Of a stretch of DNA of 64,000 nucleotides, positions 1 through 14,080 are shown piece by piece; the first letter of the stretch is position 1; every line of letters starts with the position of its first letter. Origin of the DNA: Octopus vulgaris (lineage: Eukaryota); contig OX597834.1 in assembly GCA_951406725.2 (NCBI GenBank), forward strand, positions 36,952,001 through 37,016,000. Direction: 5' to 3'. A program made the position numbers and the translations under genes. The notes beneath the pieces were generated by a model. It did not search any database. It was given only the letters and a program-made list of their open reading frames with translations, and was not told where the DNA came from.

Positions 1-279
1 ATATTTAAATACATACATATATATATATATATATATACACACACATATAGTTATATATTTGCACACAGATATGTCCTTGCGCGCGTGCGCGTGTGTGTGT
101 GTGTGTGTGTGTGTGTGAGTGTGTGTGTGTGTGTGAGTGTGTGTGTGCGTGTGTATGTGTGTGTGTTTGCACTTACGCATACATAAACATACATTCCTTT
201 ATGCGTATCGATGTATGAGTGAATATGAAATGGTGCGCACTCTTGTTCGCCGAGACAGAAATAGAAAAACACAGACACA

Positions 280-1147
280 CACGAGGAGTAACCAAAAAAC
301 ATTTTCTGTGAGACATGCTCGTTGCAGTTTAGGCTGCCACCGCTAGAAGCCACTTGATGCGACCTTCAGGCATCAGTGTGCTGACCAGCGCCGTCAAGTG
401 GAGTTCTACTGTCACATGGTGCGTCTTTGCTTTGCAGTGATTCTTCACGGATTTTTGCGATAGCCGAAACGTAAGAACCGCGTGCTTCCGTGAAGTTTTG
501 TTTTCTCCTGGGGTAAACAGCGGCCGAAATAGTTGTCATGCTTCAAATAGCTTACAACGACGCTGCCATGAGCAAAACACAAGTTTAAGAATGGTTCTCA
601 CGCTTTGGGAACGATTTCTTGTCGCTGGACGATCAACCTCATTCAGGGTGACCGAAAGAAAGAAAACATGACGAAAACTCATGAAATGATCACAGAGGAT
701 CGTCAATGAACAAATGACGAACTTGTTGATATGACTGGTGTGTCCTGGAGCTCGTTCCAACGGATTTTGAGCGAGGAATTGCGAATGAAAAGAGTTGCAG
801 CACAATTTGTGTGCCTGGTTTGCTCGCGGAAGATCAAAAGCAGTCACGACTGAATGTGTGTCGTGAACTTGAAAGAACAGTTGGACCCTTTTTTCGAAGG
901 TCATCACTGGCGACGAAAGCTGGTGCTACGGAATTTGCAGATGTGGAAGAAGTGAAGAAAAAAAAAACGAGGAGGCGTTAAAAGGCATCACTTGACCGGA
1001 GTTCCAACACTGCTTCGGACATTGGAAAACGCGTTTGGACGGTTGCATTGCTTCAAATGGAGAATACTTTGAAGGCGATAAAAGTGTAAACATGTAAAAC
1101 TGAATAAACTATTAATGCCAAATTCCGGATTCTTTTGGGTACCTTCT

Positions 1148-1150
<3 letters not shown>
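280..1150 (+). mobile_element. Internally deleted, frameshifted mariner transposon
   Basis: Decayed transposase across frames: RASVKFCFLLG, TAAEIVVMLQIAY, KTQV*EWFSRF, QRILSEELRMKRVAA, KVITGDESWCYG, then a jump to C-terminal WKTRLDGCIASNGEYFEGD. Imperfect TIRs at about 280-305 and 1125-1150. Confidence 0.85.
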
Positions 1151-1185
<35 letters not shown>

Positions 1186-1266
1186 TACGTACGTGTGTAT
1201 GTGTGGGGCATAAACAAAAGTCTGCACGCATTGACAACACATTTATTTACATCTATCAATCTCTCT

Positions 1267-1398
<132 letters not shown>

Positions 1399-2291
1399 CA
1401 TACACATATATATTAACAAAGAGAAAGCGAGAGTAGGAAGCAGCCAGAGAGAGAGAGAGAGAGAGAGAGATGGGGAGAGAGTGAGTGAGTGAATGAGAGA
1501 GAGAGAGAGGGAATCGGAGACAGAGAGAGGGAGAGAGAATGGTATTAAGAGAGAACAACTGCTCAATTTCCAGAACTCGTGTCAATCTGCCGACCGCTAT
1601 TTGTGTGTTAATCACTCGAATAAATCTCAGCACGATTAACATTGAACACACACGGTCTATTATTGTACAAGTAATTCTTTATATAATATATGTATAGTGT
1701 TGCTTTATTTATCATTGTCCGGTCATTAAATTTGTACTATTGCGTAAATGAAGATTTAGCTCTTAAAACCTTGTTTAGAATTTCTGTGGAGTAGAAATTG
1801 TTGCTAAGGTGCTACGGTAGGTGAAGATCTGTGTAAGCATGGTTGAACAGCTCCAGTAATTTTGAATGATTGAGCTAAACGATTCTAGATGAGTCAGTAA
1901 TAACGGATTAAGGTAGACAGATGGAACGTCCTTTGAATCTGCCGAAGTCATTATGTCTTATGCTATAATTTCGCTTGGTAATTCCAAAGCCTGACTGCAC
2001 TGGGATCGATGTCGACTCGACTTAACCCACTTCCCCGAAATTGCTGGCCTTGTGCCAAAATTTGAAATCAGTTTCAAAGCTTGATTGAATGAGTGGAATA
2101 TCACTGTGTGTAGATGTATATGTGCATATGTGTGTATGCACATGTATGCATGTGTATGTGCGTGCATGTGTGTGTGTGTGTGTTCGTGTGTATCTACGTA
2201 TAAGTCGGCAGATGATGCAGTGACCCAAGGGTCATAACTATATACGGTGTACATTAAACAATATTTATCTCTCAACAAAGTACTTTATTTG

Positions 2292-2498
2292 TTTCTCTAC
2301 ACTAGGCACAAGGCCTGAAATTTTTGGGGAAGGGGCCAGTCGATTAGATCGACTCCAGTACGCAACTGGTGCTTAATTTATCGACCCCGAGAGGATGAAA
2401 GGTAAAGTCGACCTCGGCGGAATTTGAACTCAGAATGTAAAGACAGATGAATTACCGCTAAGCATTTCGCCTGGCCTGCTAACGTTCCTGCCAGTTCG
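2292..2498 (-). mobile_element. tRNA-derived SINE, family A
   Basis: Matches other copies in the window: CTGGCAGAA head, B-box GAGTTCAAATTCC, body GAGGTCGACTTT..CCTTTCATCC..AAGTACCAGTT..GGCCTTGTGCC. Confidence 0.85.
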
Positions 2499-2540
2499 AT
2501 AGATAGAGAGATAGATGGATAGATAGATAGATAGATAGAC

Positions 2541-2591
<51 letters not shown>

Positions 2592-2614
2592 CAGACAAGT
2601 AGGCAGATATATTG

Positions 2615-2645
<31 letters not shown>

Positions 2646-3236
2646 GACAGACAGACAAATAGATAGACATACAGACAGACAGATAGACATACAGACAGAC
2701 AGGTAGATAAAGAGATAGATAGATAGATAAAGAGATAGATAAGTTTCTTTATTGGCCACACAGGGCTGCACACAGATGGGACAAGTTACAAAGTAGAGCT
2801 TTTCTTTTGGGGGATGAAAAAACAAAAATCAAAAGAAACAAAAAAAAGGGGTTGGCGTAGGTTTTCGATCAAGAGGGATCGTAAAAGGGAAGAAAAGAAC
2901 AAAAAAATAAAAAATAAAATGATAGAGAGGTAGGTATGTAGGTAGGTAGGTAGGTAGGTAGCTAGGTAGGTAGATAGATAGATATTCTTGTGTGTATTAT
3001 ATAAAGATATATAATATTTACTTAACACCCAAGCAATAACAACAACAACAAAAAGAAGCTAATAGTAGCATTCAACAATTAAGATGGAAAAGTGACGCTT
3101 TGAACTGTCGTCCTTTGTCAAACAAAAATATAGAAGGAAAGTGAAAAATAGACGAAGGCGGGAGTTGTTTTTAACAAAGAAGATCAGAGAGAAAGGCACG
3201 TGAGAGTTCGTAACAGAAAGTGGCTTTACTGAGATA

Positions 3237-3295
<59 letters not shown>

Positions 3296-3565
3296 TGTGT
3301 GCATGTACGTGCACGCTCGCTCGCACGTGCGTTTGTGCAAGAATAAGGTGTTCGGAAAATGCAGAGTATGAACATGTGTTTTGATGAGTTACTGCTCGGA
3401 TACACACGCACACACGCACACACACGCGCATATACATATGCACATACATAAAAGCATACATATATAATGACACATACGTACATATAAGCAGACATATATG
3501 TATTTCTCTCCCTCTCCCTCTGTGTGTGTGTATATATATATATGTGTGTGTGTACATACATACAT

Positions 3566-3597
<32 letters not shown>

Positions 3598-3671
3598 TAG
3601 TTTCAGTCATATAGTATATAATAAATATCATATACATCGTACATATACACACACGTACATATATGTATGCG

Positions 3672-3725
<54 letters not shown>

Positions 3726-4287
3726 TAGGTATGTACTTGTGTGTGTATTTGTGTGTGTGTGTGTGTGTGTGTGTATATAGCAAGAATTTCTATTTTCCAC
3801 TGTCCAACCATTTGTCTTCATTATAATTAATTGAATTAACTCTCTGAAATTTCAATAATTTTTTCCCCTCTCATAGGGTTATCTCTTAAAAATAATTTAT
3901 AAAAAGTAATATTACTGTAATATTTCTAACACTCCATCACACACACACACACACATTCACGCACACTACACATACACGTACAACACACACTTGCAAGTAT
4001 ACATACGCAGAGATATACACACCTATATATATATATATGCACATCAGTACATTTGTATATATATATATAAATATATACATGTATATGTGTGTATATTTGT
4101 ATATATATTGGTTAATAGGATATTCATATATGTATATGCTTGTATGCACGCCCATTTACATACACACATACACTCAGATAAACACACAAGCATATATATG
4201 TATGTGTGTGTATGCAAATATGTGTGTACAGATACCAGTGTATACATACATAGATACATACATACATACATACTTACACACACACAA

Positions 4288-4347
<60 letters not shown>

Positions 4348-4458
4348 GTATATATATATCTTTATATATATTTACATATATGTGCATATATATGTATATA
4401 TATATACATATATACATATATATATATGTATATATATATATGTATATGTATATATATG

Positions 4459-4492
<34 letters not shown>

Positions 4493-4591
4493 TACATATA
4501 TACATACATATATATATATATACATACATACATATATATATATGTATATATATATATACATATACATACATATATATATATATATACATAT

Positions 4592-4670
<79 letters not shown>

Positions 4671-4671
4671 A

Positions 4672-4702
<31 letters not shown>

Positions 4703-4839
4703 CATACATATATACACACACATATATACATATATGTTTCGGGAGACACTTCTGAACAAAACTGGAAATGAAATGTACAAGATAAGGCTTTCTTTTTAAT
4801 TATAGAATTTTAACATAACATGGGATAGAATCACACTCC

Positions 4840-5630
4840 ATCATCCTCATCACCCTCACCAGCATCATTATCACTATCTCATAACCACTCCCTTAATGAA
4901 CTCTCCACTCCAACTACCACCACTACTATTATCAACACCAATAGCGTCAGCACCACCACCACCACCACACTACGTCCTCAACCATCATCACCAACGCCTC
5001 CACCATCGTCATCATTATAAGCATCGTTATCTTCACCATCATCATTGCAACCATCAGCACCACACTATCCACCACCACCTCTACCACTATCACCTCAACA
5101 ACAACTACAACAGCAACAACACACACCGTCACCGCGTTCTCCATTGTTCCCACCATCATCACCATCGTTGCTGTCGCCATTCCATCCATCCTCACGACCA
5201 GCAGCAACAGTACCACCACCACCACCACCACCACCACCACCACCACCACCACCACCACCACCACCACCACCACCACCACCACCACCACCACCACCACCAC
5301 CACTACCACCAATACCACCAGCAATATTACCATCGCCGGTACCATCATTACCGACATGGCCATCCTTATCTCTACCATCATCAATACATCCACCACCACC
5401 ACCACCACCACCACAACCACCACCACCACCACCAACGCCGCCGCTGGTGCCACCACCACCACCACCACCACAAATAACAACTACAACAACAGCAACAACA
5501 TCATCGTCAACAACAATAACAACAACGACACCACCACCACCACCACCACCACCACCACCACCGCCGCCACCGCCGCCACAACTTCCACCCCCACCCCACC
5601 AGTATCCATAGGTGGCTCTCTTATACCACC
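4840..5630. repeat. (CAC)n/(CAT)n/(CAA)n compound trinucleotide repeat
   Basis: Direct reading; source of the spurious poly-His, poly-Pro and poly-Thr ORFs. Confidence 0.9.
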
Positions 5631-5757
5631 GCCATTTTATTGAATGTAAGACTAAAATACAAAATAAAAAAAACAAAAATCTAATACAGTAGCCAAAAGC
5701 ACTCAGGAAATCGGCCAAATATTTTGCTGAGGTTCCGTTAATGAATGTAGACAAAAC

Positions 5758-6032
5758 CCCGTTGATCTCAAACGGGGTCCTTATTGTCCCAAGGGAGTCC
5801 ATACAAGGCGTTGTCGTTAAAATTTATGTGCAATAAATTGCTTTTGATTCTTCAATACATCAAATATTTTAACAAAGTTATTTTAAGTACAGTTTTTTTA
5901 ATAATAAAAATACAATAGGATGTTTTCTTTTAGACATTAAAAAGGCTCTGGGGGGTCACCGGAGTAAAATATGGGTCATTGAATGATGTGGTGGTGGGGG
6001 CTGCTCCATAGATAAAACAATCGTTGGAAACT
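5758..6032. mobile_element. Degenerate hAT-like MITE
   Basis: Ends resemble CAGTGGTTCTCAAC-type termini, with GGGGTCC subterminal motifs near both ends. Highly diverged. Confidence 0.4.
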
Positions 6033-6139
6033 GTTTGTTGCAACCGAAAATTGCTTAGAAAAATTTGTAGAGAAAACGATGGCCTTGTAGATAAAAATGA
6101 TCGCTGAAGATCTGCAATTGACGATGTTCAATAGGTGAC

Positions 6140-6450
6140 AGTGGTGGTTATGGTGGTGGTTGTGGTGGTTGTGGTGGTGGTGGTGGTGGTAGTGGTGGTT
6201 GTGGTGGTGGTGGTGGTGGTGGTGGTGGTGGTGGTGGTGGTTGTGGTGGTGGTGGTGGTGGTGGTGGTGGTGGTGGTGGTGGTGGTGGTGGTGGTGGTGG
6301 TGGTGGTGGTAGTGGTGGTTGTGGTGGTGGTGGTGGTGGTGGTGGTGGTGGTGGTGGTGGTGGTGGTGGTGGTGGTGGTGGTGGTGGTGGTGGTGGTTGT
6401 GGTGGTGGTGGTGGTGGTGGTGGTTGTGGTGGTGGTGGTTGTGGTGGTTG
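6140..6450. repeat. (GGT)n trinucleotide repeat
   Basis: Direct reading. Confidence 0.95.
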
Positions 6451-6769
6451 GAATGTGTGTGCGTGTGCGTTGGGTATGTGTATGGTGTGTCCATTGTTGG
6501 AGCGGAACGAAGCTGACTGGAGGAGAAGACGGTGAACCAATCAACAGTTGTTCCACATTGTTTGCATTACAGTGGAAAGCCAAGAACTTTGACAAATTGA
6601 TACTGCACAAACTGGACATACACACACACTTGCACACACGCATACACACACATACACACACATAGCGGTCAAACGTTTGTGTTGTGCATTAGCTCACTTC
6701 GAGCATCAAAGCAACACATATACATTTAAATGGACTAAACAGAACAGGATGAGACACGCTGAAGGAAAA

Positions 6770-6813
6770 GTCGCTGAAGAGGTCGCAGGACGTATGACGA
6801 AAGGCTTCCGGAC
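6770..6813 (+). ncRNA. Type I hammerhead ribozyme-like motif in a short dispersed repeat (about 6720-6915)
   Basis: gtcg-CTGAAGA-g-[gtcg..tgac]-GAAA-ggct-TC-cggac. A homologous copy at 43062-43190 (-) has a perfect GTCAC/GTGAC stem II. Confidence 0.5.
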
Positions 6814-7511
6814 GATGGACATAAATTAAGAACAATAATGAACAAGCGATGAACGAATTTATAGTGGGTGTGTTTATTTGGCGAGAATAAAAAATGACCA
6901 TCCCGAAATATATATACATACATACATGCATACATGTATATATATGTATGCATATATTTTATTTATTACACTATTGTCTGACAGCGCTTCGCGTCGGGTT
7001 CGTTTGAATTTTCGATTTTTCGAATTCTCACTTCGTTCCGTCTCTTTCCTCCCAGTTTGTTTTACAGTTTACTACAATGACGCGAAATTCGCTCCCTTTG
7101 CTTTGCCTTCCCCTCTCTCTTTCTCTCTCTGCCTCACCCTTCTCTCTAGCCGCGTATCTTCCTCTATCTGTCTCTCTCTCTCCCACTCCTCCTCACTTTC
7201 GTCACTGCTAATCCTTTCGCCTGTTGCATTCAGGCCCTAAGGTCATGTTTCCCAGCGCTCGCCAGTTACCTTCTCGTCCCCGCCAGAACAAAGGCCTTCG
7301 TTCGTCTTTTTCGTTTGTTCTCTTGTTTATTTTGATTTCTCGTATTGTAATTTAATTTTCGTTTTGTATTTTCTTGTACATGTATCTTTAATTTTGTATT
7401 TTTTTCTTGTATTTTTTTGTGCAGTTCTTTGTTACGTCCCTTTTTGTGTTACATTTTTTTCTTGCTCGTTTTACCCCTCTACGAGGTTATTTTACTTTAA
7501 TTCTCTCGTAG

Positions 7512-7590
7512 GAAGGCTTAACATCCAGACGTGTCCTGTCTTGCCTTCGAAACACGCTATGTCTGCTAGCGACAGCTGATGAAGGGGATT
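7512..7590 (+). ncRNA. Permuted (type II-order) hammerhead-like motif
   Basis: gccttc-GAAACA-cgcta-TGTC-tgctagcgacag-CTGATGA-agggg. Stem III ACA/UGU with GUC triplet; stem I weak. Confidence 0.4.
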
Positions 7591-8601
7591 TTTCCTTGTG
7601 CAGCATGTCCTGTACTTCGTTTTTCTGCTGTACATAATTGTTTTTCCCGTTTTCGTTTTGTTCCACGTCTATGTCCTTCTGTTGTAACAAAATGGCTTTT
7701 CCGTTTTCGTTTCTGTTGATTTTTACGTCTTCTTATGGTGTCCTGTACGTATTTATATTTATATATGCATGTATATATACATGTAGATGTCGGTACGTAC
7801 ATATATGTTTGTATGTATGCATATATTTTATTTATTACACTATATATATATATATATACATATTAGAGGGAAATATATATATATATAATATATATACATA
7901 TTAGAGGGAAATTGTATATAATGCAATTTTACTGAACCTTCAGTTTTTTTATATGCTAGACCACTGGTGTGAAATCGATGTTAATTAAATTAATATCTAT
8001 TTTCTCACCCTCATTTTAAATTTAAATTTAAATATATATATATATATATATACACACACATATGTGTTCTGCCGCTGGATAACATGACAACTGGTAAAAC
8101 AATGAGTAAAACAACACCGAACTCCAACCATCCCAGAAAAGTCCCCCTTTTTGCAGCTAGTTAGCATGGCAACTGGCCATAAGAATAGAATATACTTTCA
8201 GCCACCTCAGAAAAAGACCCCTTTCTTCATTTTCTTTCTTTCTTCCTTTTTCATTCCTTTCTTTGCTTCTCCCTTTCATTCTTTTTTTCACATTCTCTAA
8301 CCAAGCCTCCAAACTTTCACTACGCGCATATTTACACACACATACATATACACACACACGTATATACTCACACATATAGATTCGAAATAACAAAGAACAT
8401 TCTCTTACTTACTCAACTCCAGAACTTTCTAACTAAGTCACATATATATATGTAAAAGACAAATTTTCTGTAAATATACCATTCATCTCTGAAACGAGAT
8501 GAAAGCGCCAAATAAATGATTATCGAAAACCCCGACTACCTCCCTCTTCTTAATATAAAAGAAATCTGTACACCACTTCAAACAATATATACATACATAT
8601 A

Positions 8602-8661
<60 letters not shown>

Positions 8662-8665
8662 CATA

Positions 8666-8715
<50 letters not shown>

Positions 8716-8830
8716 CATATGTACATATATATGTGTATATATAAATATATATATATACACATATATACATACATATATATATATATACATAAATATACAT
8801 ATACATATGTACATATATGTGTATATATAA

Positions 8831-8884
<54 letters not shown>

Positions 8885-8999
8885 CGTATACACGCACACA
8901 CATTAAGGCCCTTACGAAACCTGTGTTGGGCATCTTTTGTAGATAAACAAATAAACAAACAAACAACAACCCCTTCATTTATCATATTGTGGATACATA

Positions 9000-9642
9000 A
9001 AGTAAGACTGAATCAATAATGCTATCCAATGGACTTTTCTACTAAAGCTGGATTGAAACGAAAATCCGAAACGTTTTCACCCGAGTCGAAGTTGCATCAA
9101 AAGAATCTGATGGGCAATGTCTAGTTTTTGGTAAGTAAATTCTTCCATTACTGCTCCTTGAATCCAGTTGAAGAATAGTATTGCCATGAAATCAATAAAA
9201 TTCCTTCAGAATTGCAACGTATATATATATATGCCAACAATTGGTTGAATCGAAAAAGGACCAGTTCTTCTCCTTTATCTTCATTACAACTACCGACCAC
9301 ATCTCAAGCGAAGAATAAGAAAAAAACTGGAACGTAGCAAATTATAAAGGTTTGCTTTATCAAACTCGCCCACCAGACCTTTCTCCCATCGACAAACAAC
9401 AGTGTTTTCCTTTCTGAACGTCTTGATAACATGTTGAAACAGAAGACTTCAACAGCCGAACAGTAACTGAAAATACTTCCCAAGAATTTATCGATTCCAG
9501 GCTTCTAGAATTCTCTGCTATTGAATACAGACAAGGGTGTAGAGTATAATAGGTAATATTTCGACTGACAAATCTATTGTGAGCATGAGATGTATTGCAT
9601 TTACGTTGGTTAAAACCTGTAATTATTCTTGCACGAATCTAA
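9000..9642 (+). mobile_element. Decayed mariner (Hsmar1/cecropia-like), 3' part
   Basis: Fragments KGPVLL, NYRPH, PDLSPID, QEFIDSR, CVEYN..YFD*. End aaaacctgtaattattcttgcacgaatctaa resembles the Hsmar1-type TIR. Confidence 0.7.
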
Positions 9643-9725
9643 TCCATCTACTTATCTGTCTGTTTGTCTGTCTCTGCTTCTCTCTCTTTCTCTCTCTCTC
9701 TCTTTCTCTTTCTCTCTCTCTCTCT

Positions 9726-9765
<40 letters not shown>

Positions 9766-9766
9766 C

Positions 9767-9826
<60 letters not shown>

Positions 9827-10057
9827 GTCTGTCTGTCTGTCTATTTCTGTCTGTCAGCCGGTCTATCTATCTGTCTGTCGCTCTGTCTCCCTCTCTCTTT
9901 CTCTCCCCATATATATATTTATAATACATGGATATATATATATATATGTAAGTATATACATATATTTCTACATACAAACACACACATACGCAAACATACA
10001 CACAAACGCAAACACACACACACGCACACACACATATATATACACATGCAGGCATAC

Positions 10058-10103
<46 letters not shown>

Positions 10104-10615
10104 ATATATATATATACATATATATCTACATATATATATATATATCTATATATATTTGTATGCCATCTCTTATCGAACTAGTAATTAACTTCCTCGCCTC
10201 TTACTCATCCCCTCTTCCTTCCCTCTCCTTCCCCTTCCCCTTCCCCATCGTCTTCCCGCACTCTATCTCTGCCTTTCTCTCACACATCCTCCTCGCCGCC
10301 TCCTTTCTCCTCCTCCTCCTCCTTCTCCCCCTCTCCTATCCGTTTCCCTTCTCACACCTCCCTCTAATTATCCTCCCGGAACACCCTTCTTCCCCACCAC
10401 CCGTAAAATACGTATATTTGACTTAATTCACAGCTTCCCGAAACATGTCTTTCTCTGTCGATGCTCAGCGAATATTTCGCGCTTTGTTGCTGTAAGAAAT
10501 ATAGATAAATCCATTGACGTTATTATTCCAGTGTTCCATATTGAGTTCTTTCATAATTTGCGGTTTAACGCTATTACCATTTTGAAGCCGGGCATGCATG
10601 CGTGTGTGTATGTGT

Positions 10616-10663
<48 letters not shown>

Positions 10664-10715
10664 GTGTGTGTGTGTGTGTCAGTGTGTGTATCATATATGT
10701 ATGTAATTATATGCA

Positions 10716-10747
<32 letters not shown>

Positions 10748-10754
10748 GTACGTT

Positions 10755-10814
10755 TAAATATATAGTGCGTGTGTTTTTATTGGCTAAACTGGCAATATGA
10801 CCATTCCGAAATAT

Positions 10815-10822
<8 letters not shown>
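10755..10822 (+). repeat. Truncated copy of the dispersed repeat also at 6860-6915 and 43062-43125
   Basis: atagtgcgtgtgtttttattggctaaactggcaatatgaccattccgaaatata is nearly the exact reverse complement of 43062-43125. Confidence 0.8.
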
Positions 10823-10857
<35 letters not shown>

Positions 10858-11020
10858 CACATACACACTCACATGCATATATATATGTCTGTATGTGTGT
10901 GTATGTATATGTATATATATGTACGTACGTACGTACGTACACTCATACATTTGTACACATACATAGATATATATATAAACATATATGCATATACTTATAT
11001 CTCTATCTGTATCAGACATG

Positions 11021-11600
11021 ATACGACGTTTCGTGAGGCTAGGGCACGACGTTGCATGAGGCGAGGTTACGAGGCTGTGTTATGCTAGGGTACGACATTG
11101 TGCAAGGCTTGGGTAAGACGTTGTGTGAGGCGAGAGTACGACGTTGTGCGAGATTAGGGTACGACGTTGTGTGAGGCTACGGTACGAGTTTGTGTAAAGT
11201 TAGGGTACGACGTTGCGGGAGGCTAGGGTACAACGTTGCGTGAGGCTAGGGTACAAAGTTACGTGAGGCTAGGTTACAATGTTGCGTGAGGCTAAGGTAT
11301 GACGTTGTGTGAGGCTAGGGTACGACATTGTGCGAGGTTAAGGTACAACGTTGTGTGAGGATAGAATACGACGTTGTGCGAGACGTCGTAGGGTACGACG
11401 TTGTGTGAGGTTATGGTACGCCGTTGCATGAAGCTAGGTTACGATGTTGTATAAGGCTAAGGTACGACGTTGTGTGACGCTAGTGTACGACGTTGTGTGA
11501 GGCTAGGATATAATGTTAAGGAGCGAGGGGCATGACGCTATGTGAAGCTAGGGTACCACGTTGTGAGAGGCTAACGAAAGACGCTACGTCAGTCTATGAC
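11021..11600. repeat. 23-bp minisatellite, consensus GGGTACGACGTTGTGTGAGGCTA, about 25 diverged units
   Basis: Direct reading of head-to-tail units with no spacers. Confidence 0.9.
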
Positions 11601-12122
11601 ATGACGTAATTTGTGAAGCTAGGTCTTGTGTGATGCAGTAGACTACGAGAGTAAAACCAAGATATGATGTGCAATACGTGTCTTAGAACCTGTGTGATAC
11701 GAGTGTGTTAGATTGGAACAAAAATATCATTGTACAAGAAAGGAATGTAATGTAAGGTAGATAATGTTATGATAGAAGACGTGGGGAGCTTGATAGTGAA
11801 ATGGCAGGAATCTTTTACAGATTGTGAACTGTTATGAAAGATAAATTCACGACAGGAATAATACGATAAGAGCCATTATTTGTGACATTGGGAACAAAAT
11901 GTAACCAAAGAGGGAAGTTGTGTGATAGGGGAGAGGCAAAAAGGAATTGTGAATTTGGGATGGGAGATAGGTAGATAAATAGAGAGAGAGAGAGAGAGAG
12001 AGGCTGTTAGAGAGAGAAATAGGGGAGACAGATAGATAGACAGATGGGTAGATAGATAGACAGACAGATGGGTTGATAGATATGTTAACAAATGGGTGGA
12101 TAGGTAACTAGACAGGCAAGCC

Positions 12123-12185
<63 letters not shown>

Positions 12186-12626
12186 GGATGCATAGATGAA
12201 TTGGTAACGAGACAGACAGACAGATAGTTAGCGAAAGAGAGGTAGAAAGGGGTAGAGAGATGGAGGAAGTGCTGTGTTAGATAAAAACAAAGAGAAGTGA
12301 GCGAAGAAGGTCATGTAAGCAAGAAATGTAAAGGAAATAGTGGGGGATGTTAAGGAAGTGATGTGAAATGATAAAGAAGGATGCGGTGTGTTGGATGGGT
12401 CATACCTGTAGTTGTCCAAACGGACTGAACTTCCCTTTTGTAATTTTATTCAACAACAACAACACCATTGAATAGTGACGGAGCAGTACCGTCCAGTGAC
12501 ACGCCCCTACTGTCGTAACGACGGGCATGTAACAAAGAATCACATACACGAACATACACGCACACACATATACACGAGCATACACACACGCCCCCCCCCC
12601 CCTCTCGCACACACCCACGCAAAATC

Positions 12627-12805
12627 CAGGGACGGTCCCGGGAATTTTTCGAAGGAAGGGCACAAGATCAGAAGGTAATACACTTGGAGGAGTAAAGGGC
12701 GTAACGACATTATTTAGAAGGGGTGCACTTTTTTCTTGAGCAGAGGGGCGGGTGGGTTGAACGAACCCTTAATTCCTCCCCCCGCCACATCTGGGTCTGC
12801 CCCTG
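12627..12805. mobile_element. Short MITE with CAGGGGCGGAxCC-type termini
   Basis: 5' cagggacggtcccggg and 3' ctgggtctgcccctg form an imperfect TIR pair. Confidence 0.5.
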
Positions 12806-12825
12806 CACTCACACAGACACACACA

Positions 12826-12881
<56 letters not shown>

Positions 12882-13988
12882 AACAATCCTGTTACAGTTG
12901 ACCATTTCCAGACATGCTAAAATGAATGAAGTATATCTTCAAGTATATCTTAGCTGCTATTTCTAGCAGGCCGAGCAAAAAAAAGTACATGAGGGGCTTC
13001 CGCTTTTTTACTACTCGTCGTTACAATTTCGCTTGTATATATTTCTCTTATCTTAACACAGTTGTTGATCCGTCTTGTCATAAGACAGATTGAAGACATT
13101 GATACACAACATAAAAACGCTGAGATGTTCGGTGGGAAGGAGGAAGGTGGGGGTGGGGCGATAACAACAAATCAAAAAAAACATAAACAATAAAATATAT
13201 ACCATAAAAATTAGGTAAAATACTCAAAATAAAACTTGAAATATATATATATATAAAAAAACTTTATTTTGGTTCGGTTACGTTCCTTTTAACACATATA
13301 TATCTGTAAGCTTATCAGAACGATGCCGTTCTTTCATCACGCTAAGACATTCTCTGGAACTTTTTTTTTATTTACTGGGTTTATTTTGTATATCTGAGTT
13401 TATATATTTTCTTGTTTGTTTCTTTGTTTGTTTATATTTTCCTGTCATCATATTTCTGTTTGGCTAACTATGTCTCTATTCTTTATTCTTAAATATATGC
13501 ATGTATGTACGTTTGTATGTATGTATTTATGAATGTATTTATATATATATATATTGGTGTGTGTGCGTGTGTGTATGTGCATATATATGCATATATATGT
13601 GCATAATATATGAATATACAAGTATATATACATACACATGCATATCTATCTATCTATCTCTCTATATGTATGTATGTAAGTATATATATTATAATATATT
13701 ATTAATTATTTATTTTATTTTATTTATTATATATACGTACATATATGTTTATATATATGCATATGTTTTATTTTATTTATTAATATATTATATATATATA
13801 TATACATACACACACGTGCGCGCGCACACACACACAGAGACACACACACACACATATATATATACAAATACATAAGGACACGTATATTACGTATCTGTAT
13901 ATAAACAGGTAGTGCTCCAGCATATCCGTGGTGTTAGTTACAAAGACAGAGCCTTCTATCGATATTTCTGTATGCGCGTGTGTGTATG

Positions 13989-14020
<32 letters not shown>

Positions 14021-14080
14021 TGTATGTATGTATGTATGCATGTATGTATGTATGTATGTATGTATGTATGTATGTATATA

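Noticed and set aside
3991-4799. Long YIYI/THTH/VCVC ORFs here and throughout the window
   Set aside because: Translations of dinucleotide and tetranucleotide microsatellites.
4896-5802. Poly-His, poly-Pro (formin/extensin-like) and poly-Gly ORFs
   Set aside because: Open in nearly all frames because (CAC)n lacks stops; no domain or splice support.
11021-11600. CRISPR-like array
   Set aside because: No unique spacers, no cas genes, eukaryotic context; it is a minisatellite.
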